A stretch of DNA of 64,000 nucleotides from Planctomycetota bacterium (GTDB lineage Bacteria > Planctomycetota > JAJSAM01 > JAJVHW01): NCBI GenBank assembly GCA_965248445.1, contig CBDFJG010000004.1:1312001-1376000 (forward strand), read 5' to 3'. A program made the position numbers and the translations under genes. Shown piece after piece: positions 1-9,555 of this stretch (position 1 is the first letter of the stretch; each line of letters starts with the position of its first letter). Under the pieces are notes generated by a model. It searched no databases. It was not told where the DNA came from and saw only the letters and a list, made by a program, of their open reading frames with translations.

Positions 1-51
1 CGGAAAGCGCGGCGCAAGCAGCCTGCGCGAGCGGAGGGGAGCAGCCCGGGA

Positions 52-297
52 TCAGGCCGGCACGCCGCCCGCGGCGCGGACGGCGGAGAGAACCTCGCCT
101 TCGTCGGGGAACTCGCCGGTCTCGAGCTTCGAGTAGACGAGGTCGCCGTTCACGCTCACCTCGAAGCACCCGCCGCCGCTCGGGATCAGCTCGTACGAGG
201 ACACGTGACGCTTCAGCTCCGTCAAGAGCAGGTTGCTCAGGCTCACGGCCTGAGGCTCGTAGTTTCACATTGCGCAGTATTCGAGACGGATCTTCAT
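52..297 (-). CDS. Rdx (SelW/SelT/SelH) family selenoprotein, 81 aa, in-frame UGA in a CxxU motif
   Basis: From ATG 297 (GGAGG RBS upstream) it reads MKIRLEYCAM-TGA(267-265)-NYEPQAVSL..., continuing in frame into the track ORF 52..246 with the Rdx motif GGCFEVSVNGDLVYSKLETGEFP. Confidence 0.88.
236..254 (-). promoter_or_regulatory. Candidate bacterial SECIS hairpin
   Basis: Perfect 7-bp stem CUCAGGC/GCCUGAG with loop CGUGA, starting 10 nt after the in-frame UGA. Confidence 0.65.
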
Positions 298-368
298 CGT
301 GTCCTCCGGTGGTGGGCGGGCGAGTGTAGCAGCACTCTGAACGCGGTCGCTCGCTACCCTCTTCCCGC

Positions 369-1904
369 GTGAGCGCGCCTGAACTGATCGTCGTCGCCGC
401 CCGTCTGCTCGGCGCGCCCGGAAGCGCCGTCGCCGTGCAGGACGGACGCATCAGCGGCGTTGGCGACGCGCGCGCCCTGTTGAGGGAACGCGGCCCGCGC
501 ACACGTGTCGTGACGGCTCCGAACGGGCTGCTCTGCGCCGGTTTCCACGACGCGCACGTGCACGTCGTTCTCGCGGCGGCCTCACGCACGGAGGTCGACC
601 TGCACGGGCTGGACGGACCCGCGGTCGTGGATGCCGTGCGTGCCGCAGCGGCGGCGCGCCCGCCCGGGAGGTGGGTGATCGGCCGCGGCTTCGACCCCGC
701 GCAGTTTCCCGGCGTCGCAACGGCACGCACGCTTCTCGATGCGGCTGCACCGGATCACCCGGTGCTGGTGCGTTCGCACGACTACCACTCCGCTGCGCTG
801 AACACACCCGCTCTCGAGATCGCCGGAGTGCGTCACGACACGCCGGACCAACCCGGCGGACGGATCGAACGGGACGCGCACGGTGAGCCGGATGGAGTGT
901 TGCGCGAGGCGGCGGCGATGCGCGCGGAAGCACGCGCCGGAGATCTCACGGACGACGAACTCGCGAAGGAGACCGAGGCAGTTCTTCGTGAACTCGCCCG
1001 TGCGGGCTTGACGGCGCTGCACGACATGAGCGGGTCGCGATACGACCCAGTCCTTCGGTTGCTGGCCAGCGCGGACCGCCTCACACTTCCCCTGATCACC
1101 ACTGTATCACCCGGCGAGGCACCATGGTGCGGCGGGGGTCCGCGGCTGCGCTGCGGCGGCGTGAAGATCTTCCTCGACGGCGCACTCGGAACCCGAACCG
1201 CGCTCTTGTTGACTCCGTACGAGGGGGAGTCCGCTCATCGCGGAATCGCCGTGACGACGCCCGACGCGGCGCGAGAACGCGTGCTCGCCGCCGCCGCGCG
1301 GGGCCTGCCTTCTTACCTGCACGCCATCGGCGATGCTGCGGTTCGAACGGCTCTCGACGTGACAGAGGGTGTCGGTGCGCCGGACGGCTCTCCGCTGCGC
1401 CATCGCGTCGAACACGCGCAGATGGTGCACGGGGACGACATCGCACGCTTCGGCGCGGCGGGGATCGTCGCGTCGGTGCAACCGGTGCACATCGCGGAGG
1501 ACGCAACACTGGCGCACGAGCACTGGGGCGCGCGGTCGAACGAGGCCTTTCCCTTACGGCGACTCCTCGACGCGGGTGCGCCGCTGGCGTTCGGTTCGGA
1601 CGCGCCCATCGAGACGCCCGACGTGCTCGACGGTGTGCGCTGCGCTGTCACGCGCACCGGCAGGGACGGCACCGAACTGCATCCCGAGGAGGCGCTGACC
1701 GTCGAAGAGGCGCTCCGCGCGTACACGTCCGGCGCAGCATGGGCCGCTGGACTCGAGAACGAGTGCGGCGCGTTGCGGCCCGGTCTGCGCGCATCGCTGA
1801 CGTTGCTCAACCGCGATATCCTGACCCACCGCGAAGCACTCGACGACTGCGCCGTGGCGGCGACCGTCGTGGACGGCGACGTGCTCCACGAGATCGACTC
1901 GTGA
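369..1904 (+). CDS. Amidohydrolase, YtcJ-like (Amidohydro_3)
   Basis: GFHDAHVH, KIFLDGALG, HAIGD, HRVEHAQ and FGSDAP motifs. Confidence 0.9.
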   Translation: MSAPELIVVAARLLGAPGSAVAVQDGRISGVGDARALLRERGPRTRVVTAPNGLLCAGFHDAHVHVVLAAASRTEVDLHGLDGPAVVDAVRAAAAARPPGRWVIGRGFDPAQFPGVATARTLLDAAAPDHPVLVRSHDYHSAALNTPALEIAGVRHDTPDQPGGRIERDAHGEPDGVLREAAAMRAEARAGDLTDDELAKETEAVLRELARAGLTALHDMSGSRYDPVLRLLASADRLTLPLITTVSPGEAPWCGGGPRLRCGGVKIFLDGALGTRTALLLTPYEGESAHRGIAVTTPDAARERVLAAAARGLPSYLHAIGDAAVRTALDVTEGVGAPDGSPLRHRVEHAQMVHGDDIARFGAAGIVASVQPVHIAEDATLAHEHWGARSNEAFPLRRLLDAGAPLAFGSDAPIETPDVLDGVRCAVTRTGRDGTELHPEEALTVEEALRAYTSGAAWAAGLENECGALRPGLRASLTLLNRDILTHREALDDCAVAATVVDGDVLHEIDS

Positions 1905-3472
1905 GCGAGCTTCCCGCTGCGGGTGGGCGCCGTGACATGGGCAGCCGGGCGCTGCGGATCTCCATGGCGACCATGCTCTCGCGCGTGTGCGGCCTCGTGC
2001 GCGAGGTGATCCTCACGTCGCTGTTCGGCTCCGGCGCGTTCGCCGAGGCGTTCCGTGTGGCGTTCCGCATCCCGAACCTGGCGCGCGATCTGTTTGCCGA
2101 GGGAGCGCTCTCGTCGGCGTTCGTGCCGACGTTCACCGACGTGCTGACGAACCAGGGCCGCGAGCGCGCCTTCCAGCTCGCAAACGTCGTCGTCGGCGCG
2201 GTCCTGGTCATCGTAGGCACCTTCGCGGCGGTCGGGATACTCGCGGCGCCGTGGGTGGTCGACCTCCTCACGGCGTTCGACGGCGAGACGCGTTCTCTCG
2301 CGATCACCGGCACGCGCATCCTGTTCCCGTTCCTCCCGATCGTGTCCCTGGCGGCGGTGGCTATGGGCCAGCTCAACTCGCAGGAGCGCTACACCGCGCC
2401 CTCGCTGGCGCCCGTCACCTTCAACCTCATTGCGATCGCGTGCGGCGCCGTCCTGCTGCTGAGCGACGTCCCGCCGGAGACGGCGTTCCTCGCGTGGGCC
2501 GGTGCGACGCTGCTCGGCGGACTCGGCCAGTTGCTCGTGCAGGTCCCGTCACTCTGGAAGACCGGCTACCGTCCGCGCCCCGTACTTCGGTGGAGCGACC
2601 CCGGGCTGCGCCGTATCAGCCGGCTGATGGCGCCGGCGGTCGTCGGCCTTGCAGCGGTGAACGTGAACGTCATGGTGAACACGTTCTTCGCCACGCACGA
2701 GGAGGGCGCGGTCACCTGGCTCGAGGTTGCGTTCCGGATGGTGTATCTGCCGATCGGCATCTTCGGCGTCGCGATCGCAACCGTGTCGACGACACGCCTC
2801 GCCGTCCGAGCGGCCGAGGGCGACCACGACGGCATGCGTCAGACGCTCACGGACGGGTTGCGCCTCGTGGCGTTCCTGACCGTCCCCAGCACGGTCGGGT
2901 TGATCGTGCTGCGCGAACCGATCATGCGCCTGGTGTACGAGTACGGCGAGTTCAACGCACTGGACACCGTGAACGCGTCCGCGGCGCTCGCCATGTACGC
3001 GCTCGGGCTCGCTGCGTACGCGTCCGTGAAGGTGGCGGCGCCCGCGTTCTACGCGTTCGACCGGCCGAGGGTACCGCTCGCGGCGTCGGTCTCCGCGGTC
3101 GCGGTGAATGTCATTGCATCCATCACGCTGTTCCCGGTGCTCGGGTTTTCCGGGCTGGCGCTCGGCACCGCCCTCGGCGCGTTCGTGAACATCGGAGTCC
3201 TGCTCACAGCGTTCAGCCGGATCGTCGGCGGACTGCCGGCATCGGCTCTGCTCTCGCACCTCGCGCGGGTCCTGGTGGCCTCCGCGGCCAGCGGCGGGGT
3301 TGCCTGGGCCGTCTGGACCCGGCTCGAGGAGACGCTCGGAACCGCCGGGGCGGCCGCCCGGGCCGGCACGGTCGTCCCGGCCATTCTCGGCGGGACGCTC
3401 GCTTTCGCGCTGGTGGCCGCCCTCCTGCGGCTGCGCGAACTCCGTGACCTCCTCGCCTTCGTCCGCAGGTAG
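1901..3472 (+). CDS. murJ: Lipid II flippase MurJ (MviN)
   Basis: SRVCGLVRE, AFRIPNLARDLFAEGALSSAFVP, LPIGIFGVAIATV; many TM segments; GTGA overlap with the upstream stop. The N-terminal part of track ORF 1124..3472 is spurious. Confidence 0.92.
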   Translation: MSELPAAGGRRDMGSRALRISMATMLSRVCGLVREVILTSLFGSGAFAEAFRVAFRIPNLARDLFAEGALSSAFVPTFTDVLTNQGRERAFQLANVVVGAVLVIVGTFAAVGILAAPWVVDLLTAFDGETRSLAITGTRILFPFLPIVSLAAVAMGQLNSQERYTAPSLAPVTFNLIAIACGAVLLLSDVPPETAFLAWAGATLLGGLGQLLVQVPSLWKTGYRPRPVLRWSDPGLRRISRLMAPAVVGLAAVNVNVMVNTFFATHEEGAVTWLEVAFRMVYLPIGIFGVAIATVSTTRLAVRAAEGDHDGMRQTLTDGLRLVAFLTVPSTVGLIVLREPIMRLVYEYGEFNALDTVNASAALAMYALGLAAYASVKVAAPAFYAFDRPRVPLAASVSAVAVNVIASITLFPVLGFSGLALGTALGAFVNIGVLLTAFSRIVGGLPASALLSHLARVLVASAASGGVAWAVWTRLEETLGTAGAAARAGTVVPAILGGTLAFALVAALLRLRELRDLLAFVRR

Positions 3473-3481
3473 GCTTCCGGC

Positions 3482-4291
3482 ATGGGTGACCGCGAAGACC
3501 TGTTCGCCGAGATCGGGGCATTGCGCGCGAGGGGTGAGCCCGCGGCGCTGGCAACCGTCATCGGCACCCGCGGGAGCACTCCCGGCCGGTCGGCGATGAA
3601 GATGCTGGTGCGCGAGGACGGCTCGACGCGCGGCACGGTCGGCGGCGGGTCCATGGAAGAGGAGGTCCGCCAACTCGGTCTGGCCTCTCTCGCCGACGAG
3701 CGTTGCCGCCGCGGATCGTTCGAGCTGTCGACCGAGGCCGTGGACGACTCCGAGCTCATCTGCGGCGGAACGGTGGAGGTGTTCGTGGAACCGCTGACCA
3801 TCCCGACCTGTGTGCTGTTCGGCGCGGGACATCTCGCCATCGCGATCTCGCGCGTCGCCGCGGTCGCCGACTTCCGCGTCATCGTCGGGGACGACCGGGC
3901 GACCCACGCGAACACCGAGCGCTTCCCCGGCGCCGAGGAGGTGCTGGCGGCGCCATACGAGCTTCTGCTCGGGGATCTGGCCCCGCGGCTCGGCGGCGCG
4001 TCGTACTGCGTGATCGTCACCCGCTCGCACCAGCTCGACGAGCAGTGCGCTCTCGCGTGCCTCCGCACACCCGCCCGCTATGTGGGCATGATCGGCAGCA
4101 AGAACAAGGTGCGGACCTGCCACGAGTTCCTGCGCACCGAGGGGCTCCCGGACGAGGACATCGCGCGTCTCCGGGCACCGGTGGGTCTGGAGCTGGGGGC
4201 AGAGAGCCACGGGGAGATCGCCGTGGCCATCGTGGCCGAGCTGATCCGGGAGCGGCGGGGGGCCGCAGGAGCCGCCAGCAAGAGCCTCTGA
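3482..4291 (+). CDS. XdhC/CoxI family molybdoenzyme maturation factor
   Basis: GSTPG..AMKMLV, GTVGGG, LICGG, FGAGH, YVGMIGSKNK, APVGLELGAES. Confidence 0.88.
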   Translation: MGDREDLFAEIGALRARGEPAALATVIGTRGSTPGRSAMKMLVREDGSTRGTVGGGSMEEEVRQLGLASLADERCRRGSFELSTEAVDDSELICGGTVEVFVEPLTIPTCVLFGAGHLAIAISRVAAVADFRVIVGDDRATHANTERFPGAEEVLAAPYELLLGDLAPRLGGASYCVIVTRSHQLDEQCALACLRTPARYVGMIGSKNKVRTCHEFLRTEGLPDEDIARLRAPVGLELGAESHGEIAVAIVAELIRERRGAAGAASKSL

Positions 4292-4513
4292 TCGAGCCCC
4301 GAACGCCCACGCTCGTGGCAGGCGCGCGTATCCTGTGGGGGCCTGTCCCCGAGCACACCGACCCGACGCGCGCACTTAGAGCGTGCCCGCCGAACGGTCA
4401 CGACCATAGGATCGGCGGCTTCCGGAGCCCCAGCGACCCCGAGTCCCGCATGACTCGGAGCCCCTTGCAATCCCGTTATGGGGCCCGGAGACGCTCGGAC
4501 AGGAGAGACCCCG

Positions 4514-5740
4514 TTGCCCACGCATCACATCCGGCCCACACTTCACATCAAGCGCTCCGCGCTCGTCCTCGCAGTCGCGTCCCTTGCCCTGCTTGCCACT
4601 CCGGCAATTGCCGGCGACCTGGTCCTCACCAAGAGCGGCTGGCAGGGGAACCGCAAGGCCTCGGACCCACCCACCGCTGACGACTACGCCGGCAGCAACT
4701 TCACGGTGGTCCGCGAGGACATCGACTTCATCTACTACACGATCCCCGGCGTGGCGGATGAGCAGCGGATCTCGATGGACAAGGTGATCGAGATCTATCA
4801 CGAGCCGGCCAACACTCCGCGCGGTCTCGCGCGAGGCGAGCGGCTGGTCGACAACGCACAGTGGGCGGACGCCGCAGCGGAGCTCGAGGACGTCATCGCC
4901 GGCAGCACGACGCCCGCATGGGCGAAGGCCAAAGCCGCGTACCTCCTCGGCGTCGCGCACGCCGGTGCGGGCGACCACGCTAACGCCGCAAAGCTCTTGG
5001 ACGGTTTCCTCAGCACGTACTCGAAGTCGCGCTACATCCCGCGCGTCACGATGGAGCTCGCGCGCTCACACGTGGCGACGGGCGCGTACGACAAGGCGGG
5101 CGCGACCTTCAAGCGGCTGTCCGCCATGAAGGGCCTCAGCGAGGCCGACAAGATCGAGGCGCAGTACGGCTCCGCGTGGCTCGATCAGCAGATCGCAGAA
5201 GCCCGCAAGGACACCGCCGGACTCGAGAGCGCGCTCAAGGGCTACGAGTCCCTCCTGACCAAGATCCGCACCAACAAGAACATGAAGGACCTCGTCGGCA
5301 AGTGCACGATCGGCAAGGCCTCGTGCCTGGTCGGCCTCGGCCGCAGCGCAGAGGCGAAGACGCTCTGCGAGAAGGCGATCAAGACCTCGAAGGACGAGTT
5401 CGTGCGGGCCGGCGCCTACACGATGCTCGGCCGCGTCATGGTCCAGGGCGCCGCCGCGGGCGGTGGCGGAGACATCAAGGTCTACCAGGAGGCACTGCTC
5501 CACTTCCTCCGCGTGGTGACCCTCTACGGCAGCGCACCCGGAGCCGAGGAGTACATGGCCGAGTCGATGTACACGGCCGGCGAGCTCTTCTACGAGTTGC
5601 GCCCCACCAAGTCCGACTCCCAGGCGGACAAGGACCAGGCGCGCACCTATCGCAGCTACGCCCGCCGCGAGTGGCGGGAGTGCGCGATGCGCTACCCGAA
5701 CAGCCCGTGGGGCCGCAAGGCCGCCCAAAAGGTCAACTAG
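4514..5740 (+). CDS. Exported tetratricopeptide-repeat protein
   Basis: AGGAG RBS before TTG 4514; signal peptide ending PAIA; TPR-like helical repeats; C-terminal RYPNSPWGRKA. Confidence 0.7.
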   Translation: MPTHHIRPTLHIKRSALVLAVASLALLATPAIAGDLVLTKSGWQGNRKASDPPTADDYAGSNFTVVREDIDFIYYTIPGVADEQRISMDKVIEIYHEPANTPRGLARGERLVDNAQWADAAAELEDVIAGSTTPAWAKAKAAYLLGVAHAGAGDHANAAKLLDGFLSTYSKSRYIPRVTMELARSHVATGAYDKAGATFKRLSAMKGLSEADKIEAQYGSAWLDQQIAEARKDTAGLESALKGYESLLTKIRTNKNMKDLVGKCTIGKASCLVGLGRSAEAKTLCEKAIKTSKDEFVRAGAYTMLGRVMVQGAAAGGGGDIKVYQEALLHFLRVVTLYGSAPGAEEYMAESMYTAGELFYELRPTKSDSQADKDQARTYRSYARREWRECAMRYPNSPWGRKAAQKVN

Positions 5741-5930
5741 CCCAGACCGTCTGGGCTCGCCGCCACGGCCTCGGGAGAAGGACTGCCCCTCCTCGCGGCC
5801 TCACTCCAGGCTCCGCCAGGCGTCAGAACCGTTGTGTCCGGCCTCCCAGGATGCCGATGATGGCATTGCGTCCAGGTGTCCGGCCACCGGTCTCGACCGG
5901 CCGGTTCGATCGGACCTGCGGCGCGGCGTC

Positions 5931-7214
5931 ATGCCAGCACCGGTCCACCACCCGCCGACCTCTCCCGACCCAACCTCTCCCGACACCGGGGCGTCGGACC
6001 TGGCGTGGAGTTCGCTCACCGATTGGCGCGTCACGCGTGAGCGGCGCGAGAACCGGCGGCGACCGCGCCCTCCCTCGGTGACCCTCTCGATCCTCGTCCA
6101 CATCGCCTTGCTCTTGGTGCTGTCACTTGTCGATCTCGGGCTGCGCACGGCGCACCAGGAGGCCGACGTCCCCGCCACGCTGCAGTCGGACGCTCCGGCG
6201 CTCTCCGGGCACCTCGAGGAGTTGCCCCGTCAGCCCGCCGAGGCCGACCTCTCGGCCGAGGCGCCTCGTCGCGACGCCGTCGCCGTCGACGCCGAGTTCG
6301 CCGGCAGTGCAGCGTCGTCAGCGGTGGCTCCGTCCGCGGATCGTTTCGAGAGCATCGTCACGCCGTCGGATCTGACGGAGCGGCCGGTGCAACCGACGGC
6401 CGACGCAATCGCAGCGGCCACATCGTCGGTCGTGGGGGTTGGTGGGAACGCAATCCACATGGGACAGAGCTTCGGGAAGGACGGCGCGGCGGGCGCGATC
6501 AGCGAGGTCGGGGGCGCGCTCGCCGGGGACCCGTACGCCGGACGCGTGCTCAAGAAGGTGCGCAGCGGCTCGGGCGGCGCGCGGATCCTCGTCCTGCAGG
6601 GTGAGTTCGACGCGGCCGAGGACGTGCTCGCGGAACTCGGGATCCAGTACCTGCTGCTCGACCCCGCTGTGCTCGCCACCACCCCGATCCCCGCCGAGAC
6701 CCGCGCGCTCATCGTCGACTGTAGTCCGCATCCGCTGCCGGCTCAGGCCCTGCGACACATCGTCCAGTTCGTCGAACGGGGCGGCTACCTGTTCACGACG
6801 GACTGGGGAATCGAGACGGTGCTCGACCGCGCGTTCCGCCAGTACGTGCAGTGCCGGCGCGACGGCAAGCGAGTCGCCATGCTGAAGGAGCGCGTCGTGA
6901 ACGTCCGCGCGGTCAGCGACCACGCGTTGCTACGCGGCGTTCCCGACGGGAAACGGATCGCACGCTGGTGGCTCGAGGACTCCACGATCCCGGTGACCAT
7001 CAACCACCCCTCGGCCGTCGAGATCCTGCTCGAGTGCCGCGCGCTCGCGTTGACCCACGACGCCCCCGCCGCGGCGCTGACGTTCCGCCACGGCCGCGGC
7101 CGTGTCGCCCACGTGCTCGGGCACGTCTACCAGAAGGAGGGCAACCTCCGCGGCGTCTACGTCGTGCACCGGTTGCTCCTCAACTTCCTGCGCGAGTCGC
7201 TCTCGGCCCGGTAG
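5931..7214 (+). CDS. Membrane-anchored hypothetical protein, possible class I GATase-like C-terminal fold
   Basis: TM segment SVTLSILVHIALLLVLSL, Ala/Pro linker, then FVERGGYLFTTDW and GRGRVAH motifs; start uncertain. Confidence 0.55.
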   Translation: MPAPVHHPPTSPDPTSPDTGASDLAWSSLTDWRVTRERRENRRRPRPPSVTLSILVHIALLLVLSLVDLGLRTAHQEADVPATLQSDAPALSGHLEELPRQPAEADLSAEAPRRDAVAVDAEFAGSAASSAVAPSADRFESIVTPSDLTERPVQPTADAIAAATSSVVGVGGNAIHMGQSFGKDGAAGAISEVGGALAGDPYAGRVLKKVRSGSGGARILVLQGEFDAAEDVLAELGIQYLLLDPAVLATTPIPAETRALIVDCSPHPLPAQALRHIVQFVERGGYLFTTDWGIETVLDRAFRQYVQCRRDGKRVAMLKERVVNVRAVSDHALLRGVPDGKRIARWWLEDSTIPVTINHPSAVEILLECRALALTHDAPAAALTFRHGRGRVAHVLGHVYQKEGNLRGVYVVHRLLLNFLRESLSAR

Positions 7215-7230
7215 CGGCTACCCTGCCGCG

Positions 7231-7923
7231 ATGCCCGCTGAGAGCGCTCTGCTCGCCCTGCTCGTGACCGCCGTCGCCGCGGCGCTCGCGCGACTCCTCC
7301 GCGCGGTCGACGGTGGGGGGGCCGCCGCGGGCATGGGCATCGGAGCTCTTGTGAGTGTTGCGCTCGGCCTGCCAGGACTCGCAGTCCTCGGCACGTTCTT
7401 CGTCGTGGGCTCGCTGGCCACGCGCGTCGGCTGGCGGAGGAAGATCAAGGACGGCACGGCCGAACGCGGCGGCGGTGCACGAGGAGCCAAGCGCGTGCTC
7501 GGCAAGGGACTGGTGGCCGCACTCGCCGCGCTGCTGCCGGCGCCGTTCGCGCCGCTCGCGCTTTCCGGCGCCATGGCCGCGGCACTCGGCGACACGCTGG
7601 GTACCGAGATCGGCACCCTGTCGCGCGGTGCCACGTTCTCGCTTCCCGCATGCCGCCGCGTGCCGGCGGGCACGCCCGGCGGCGTGTCCGGCCTGGGCAC
7701 ACTCGCCACGCTGGCCGGTGCTGTCATCGTTGCACTCGTCACACTGTGGGTGTTCGGCCTCGGCGCGCTCGCGACCGGGTGCGTTGTCTTCGGCGGCTTC
7801 GTCGCGTCGGGCATCGAGTCGATCGCCAGGCGTGGATCCATGCCTGGCTGGACCTGGAATCTCGTCACGACCGCCGTCGGTGCAACACTTGCGACGCTTC
7901 CGTACTGGCACTGGAACCCATGA
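7231..7923 (+). CDS. DUF92/TMEM19 membrane protein (VTE6 phytyl-phosphate kinase-like)
   Basis: FFVVGSLATRVG, ERGGGARG, AAALGDTLGTEIG, GTPGGVSGLGTLA. Confidence 0.8.
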   Translation: MPAESALLALLVTAVAAALARLLRAVDGGGAAAGMGIGALVSVALGLPGLAVLGTFFVVGSLATRVGWRRKIKDGTAERGGGARGAKRVLGKGLVAALAALLPAPFAPLALSGAMAAALGDTLGTEIGTLSRGATFSLPACRRVPAGTPGGVSGLGTLATLAGAVIVALVTLWVFGLGALATGCVVFGGFVASGIESIARRGSMPGWTWNLVTTAVGATLATLPYWHWNP

Positions 7924-8846
7924 ACGTCGGCACGATCTGGCGGCTGTCTCGGCCGTTCACGCTGCTCGCCCCCGCGACCGGTGCGCTGGCCGCGGCACTC
8001 GCCGCACTGGGTTACACGGGTGGATCGCTAAGAGACCCGGGCGTGCTGCTCGCCCTCGTCCTCGCACCGGTCGCGGCGGCGATCCTGAACGTCGCGAGCA
8101 ACGCGGTGAACCAGATCTACGACCTCAAGGTCGACCGCATCAACAAACCGGACCGGCCCCTGCCCTCCGGCGAGATGTCGGTGGGCGCTGCATGCGTCGT
8201 GATGGTCGTCGCGTACGTGCTGGCTGCGGCGGCGGCGTACGCGATCAACTTGCTCCTGGTGCTGATCGTCCTGTTCACCGCCTTCGTCACGTACGCGTAC
8301 TCGGCGCCACCGTTCCGGACCAAGCGGCACTGGCTCTTGGCCAACCTGACAATCGCGATTCCGCGTGGGTTCCTGCTCCCGGTGGCCGGCTGGGCCGCGA
8401 TCTCCGGTTCCGCGGATCCACTCGTGCTCGGCGACGCGCTGCCGAGCGAACTCCTGACCTTCGCGGCAGCAGCGGGGCTGTTCGTGCTGGGCGCGGCATC
8501 CACCAAGGACTTCGCGGACCTCGCCGGAGACGAGGCCGGCGGCTGCATCACGCTTCCGCTCCGCTTCGGCGTGCCCACCGCCGCCCGCGTGATCGCACCG
8601 TTTCTCGTGGTGCCATGGCTGCTGCTGCCCGTCGGCGTCCAGCTCGGGTGGATGACCGGACGACCCCTGGTGCTCTCGGTGGGCGGCGCGGGGCTCGCCC
8701 TGATCGGTGCGCGTGCCGCGTGGCTGCTGGTCCGCGACCCGGATGCGCTGACCAAGGACAGCACGCATCCGGCGTGGGTGCTGATGTACCTCCTGATGAT
8801 CGCGTCGCAGCTCGTGTTCGCCGCCGCGTACGTGGGCCTGCGATGA
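7920..8846 (+). CDS. UbiA-superfamily prenyltransferase
   Basis: Asp-rich motifs NQIYDLKVDRINKPDRPLPSG and KDFADLAGD; YSAPPFRTKR; ATGA overlap with the DUF92 gene. Confidence 0.9.
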   Translation: MNVGTIWRLSRPFTLLAPATGALAAALAALGYTGGSLRDPGVLLALVLAPVAAAILNVASNAVNQIYDLKVDRINKPDRPLPSGEMSVGAACVVMVVAYVLAAAAAYAINLLLVLIVLFTAFVTYAYSAPPFRTKRHWLLANLTIAIPRGFLLPVAGWAAISGSADPLVLGDALPSELLTFAAAAGLFVLGAASTKDFADLAGDEAGGCITLPLRFGVPTAARVIAPFLVVPWLLLPVGVQLGWMTGRPLVLSVGGAGLALIGARAAWLLVRDPDALTKDSTHPAWVLMYLLMIASQLVFAAAYVGLR

Positions 8847-9409
8847 CCGATGCGCGCGAGGACCGCCGACAGTTCGTCCATGCCGGGATGACGCTGTTCG
8901 CACTGACGCTGCGCTGGCTGACACCGCTCCAGGCCGCGGTCTGTGCAGCGGCGGCCATCGGGCTGAACTGGCTGATCCTGCCTCGGTTCAGCGGCGCGCC
9001 GGCCGGTGAGCGACGAGGCTTCGGAGATGGAGTCCGGATCTACCCGATCGCCGTGCTGCTGCTGATCGTGGTCCTGCCGGCGCCCCGCGCGGCGGCGGCG
9101 TGGGGCGTGCTCGGCATCGGGGACGCCGCTTCGAACCTGATCGGCCGCCGCTTGAGCGGGCCTCGCCTGCTCGGCCGGCCGGACCGCTCGCTCGGGGGCA
9201 CGATCGCGTTCGTGCTACTCGGCGGCGCAGCGGCGGCCGGGCTGTGGGCGTTCGTCGGAGAGCGCGCACTGGACGCCGACGTCGTCATCGCGTCGTTCGC
9301 AGCGGCGGCGGCCGGCGCCCTCGCGGAGCTCCTCTGGCGCCCCAAGTGGCTGGACGACAACCTGCCGATCGCCGCGGCCGCGGGCGCGGTGCTGCTGCTG
9401 TTGCCGTGA
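8843..9409 (+). CDS. Phytol/dolichol kinase-like membrane protein (VTE5/CTP_transf_1 family)
   Basis: RRQFVH, GIGDAASNLIGR, RSLGGTIAF, LDDNLPI; ATGA overlap with the UbiA gene. Confidence 0.78.
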   Translation: MTDAREDRRQFVHAGMTLFALTLRWLTPLQAAVCAAAAIGLNWLILPRFSGAPAGERRGFGDGVRIYPIAVLLLIVVLPAPRAAAAWGVLGIGDAASNLIGRRLSGPRLLGRPDRSLGGTIAFVLLGGAAAAGLWAFVGERALDADVVIASFAAAAAGALAELLWRPKWLDDNLPIAAAAGAVLLLLP

Positions 9410-9555
9410 AGTGGTCCGCGCGCTAGCGCGAGCGAGGAGCGGCGGGACGATTGCGGAGCAATCGGCGGGACGCCCCGCAGCGAGCCCACGTCCGTCGGAG
9501 ACCGCGTAGCAGGGAGACACGTGAGGGCTCGTTGGGCGCGCCGCGGCCGGCGTGC

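Noticed and set aside
52..246. Reading the Rdx gene as a 64-aa ORF or a pseudogene
   Set aside because: The TGA sits at the catalytic CxxU position, with an RBS upstream and a SECIS-like hairpin downstream
52..4291. Selenium-molybdenum hydroxylase system (selenoprotein plus XdhC)
   Set aside because: No molybdoenzyme, yqeB/yqeC or selD genes in the window; proximity may be chance
2549..4375. Long antisense or alternative-frame ORFs (also 1987..3447, 18979..20805, 36439..38166, 55252..57774)
   Set aside because: Shadows of real genes, typical of high-GC DNA; no recognisable motifs
7355..9409. 684-aa ORF as a large fusion protein
   Set aside because: Only the part from ATG 8843 looks coding; the rest overlaps the DUF92 and UbiA genes in another frame
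7231..9409. Calling the cluster tocopherol or archaeal-type ether lipid synthesis outright
   Set aside because: No HPPD, tocopherol cyclase or GGGP synthase is visible, and the UbiA subfamily cannot be assigned by eye
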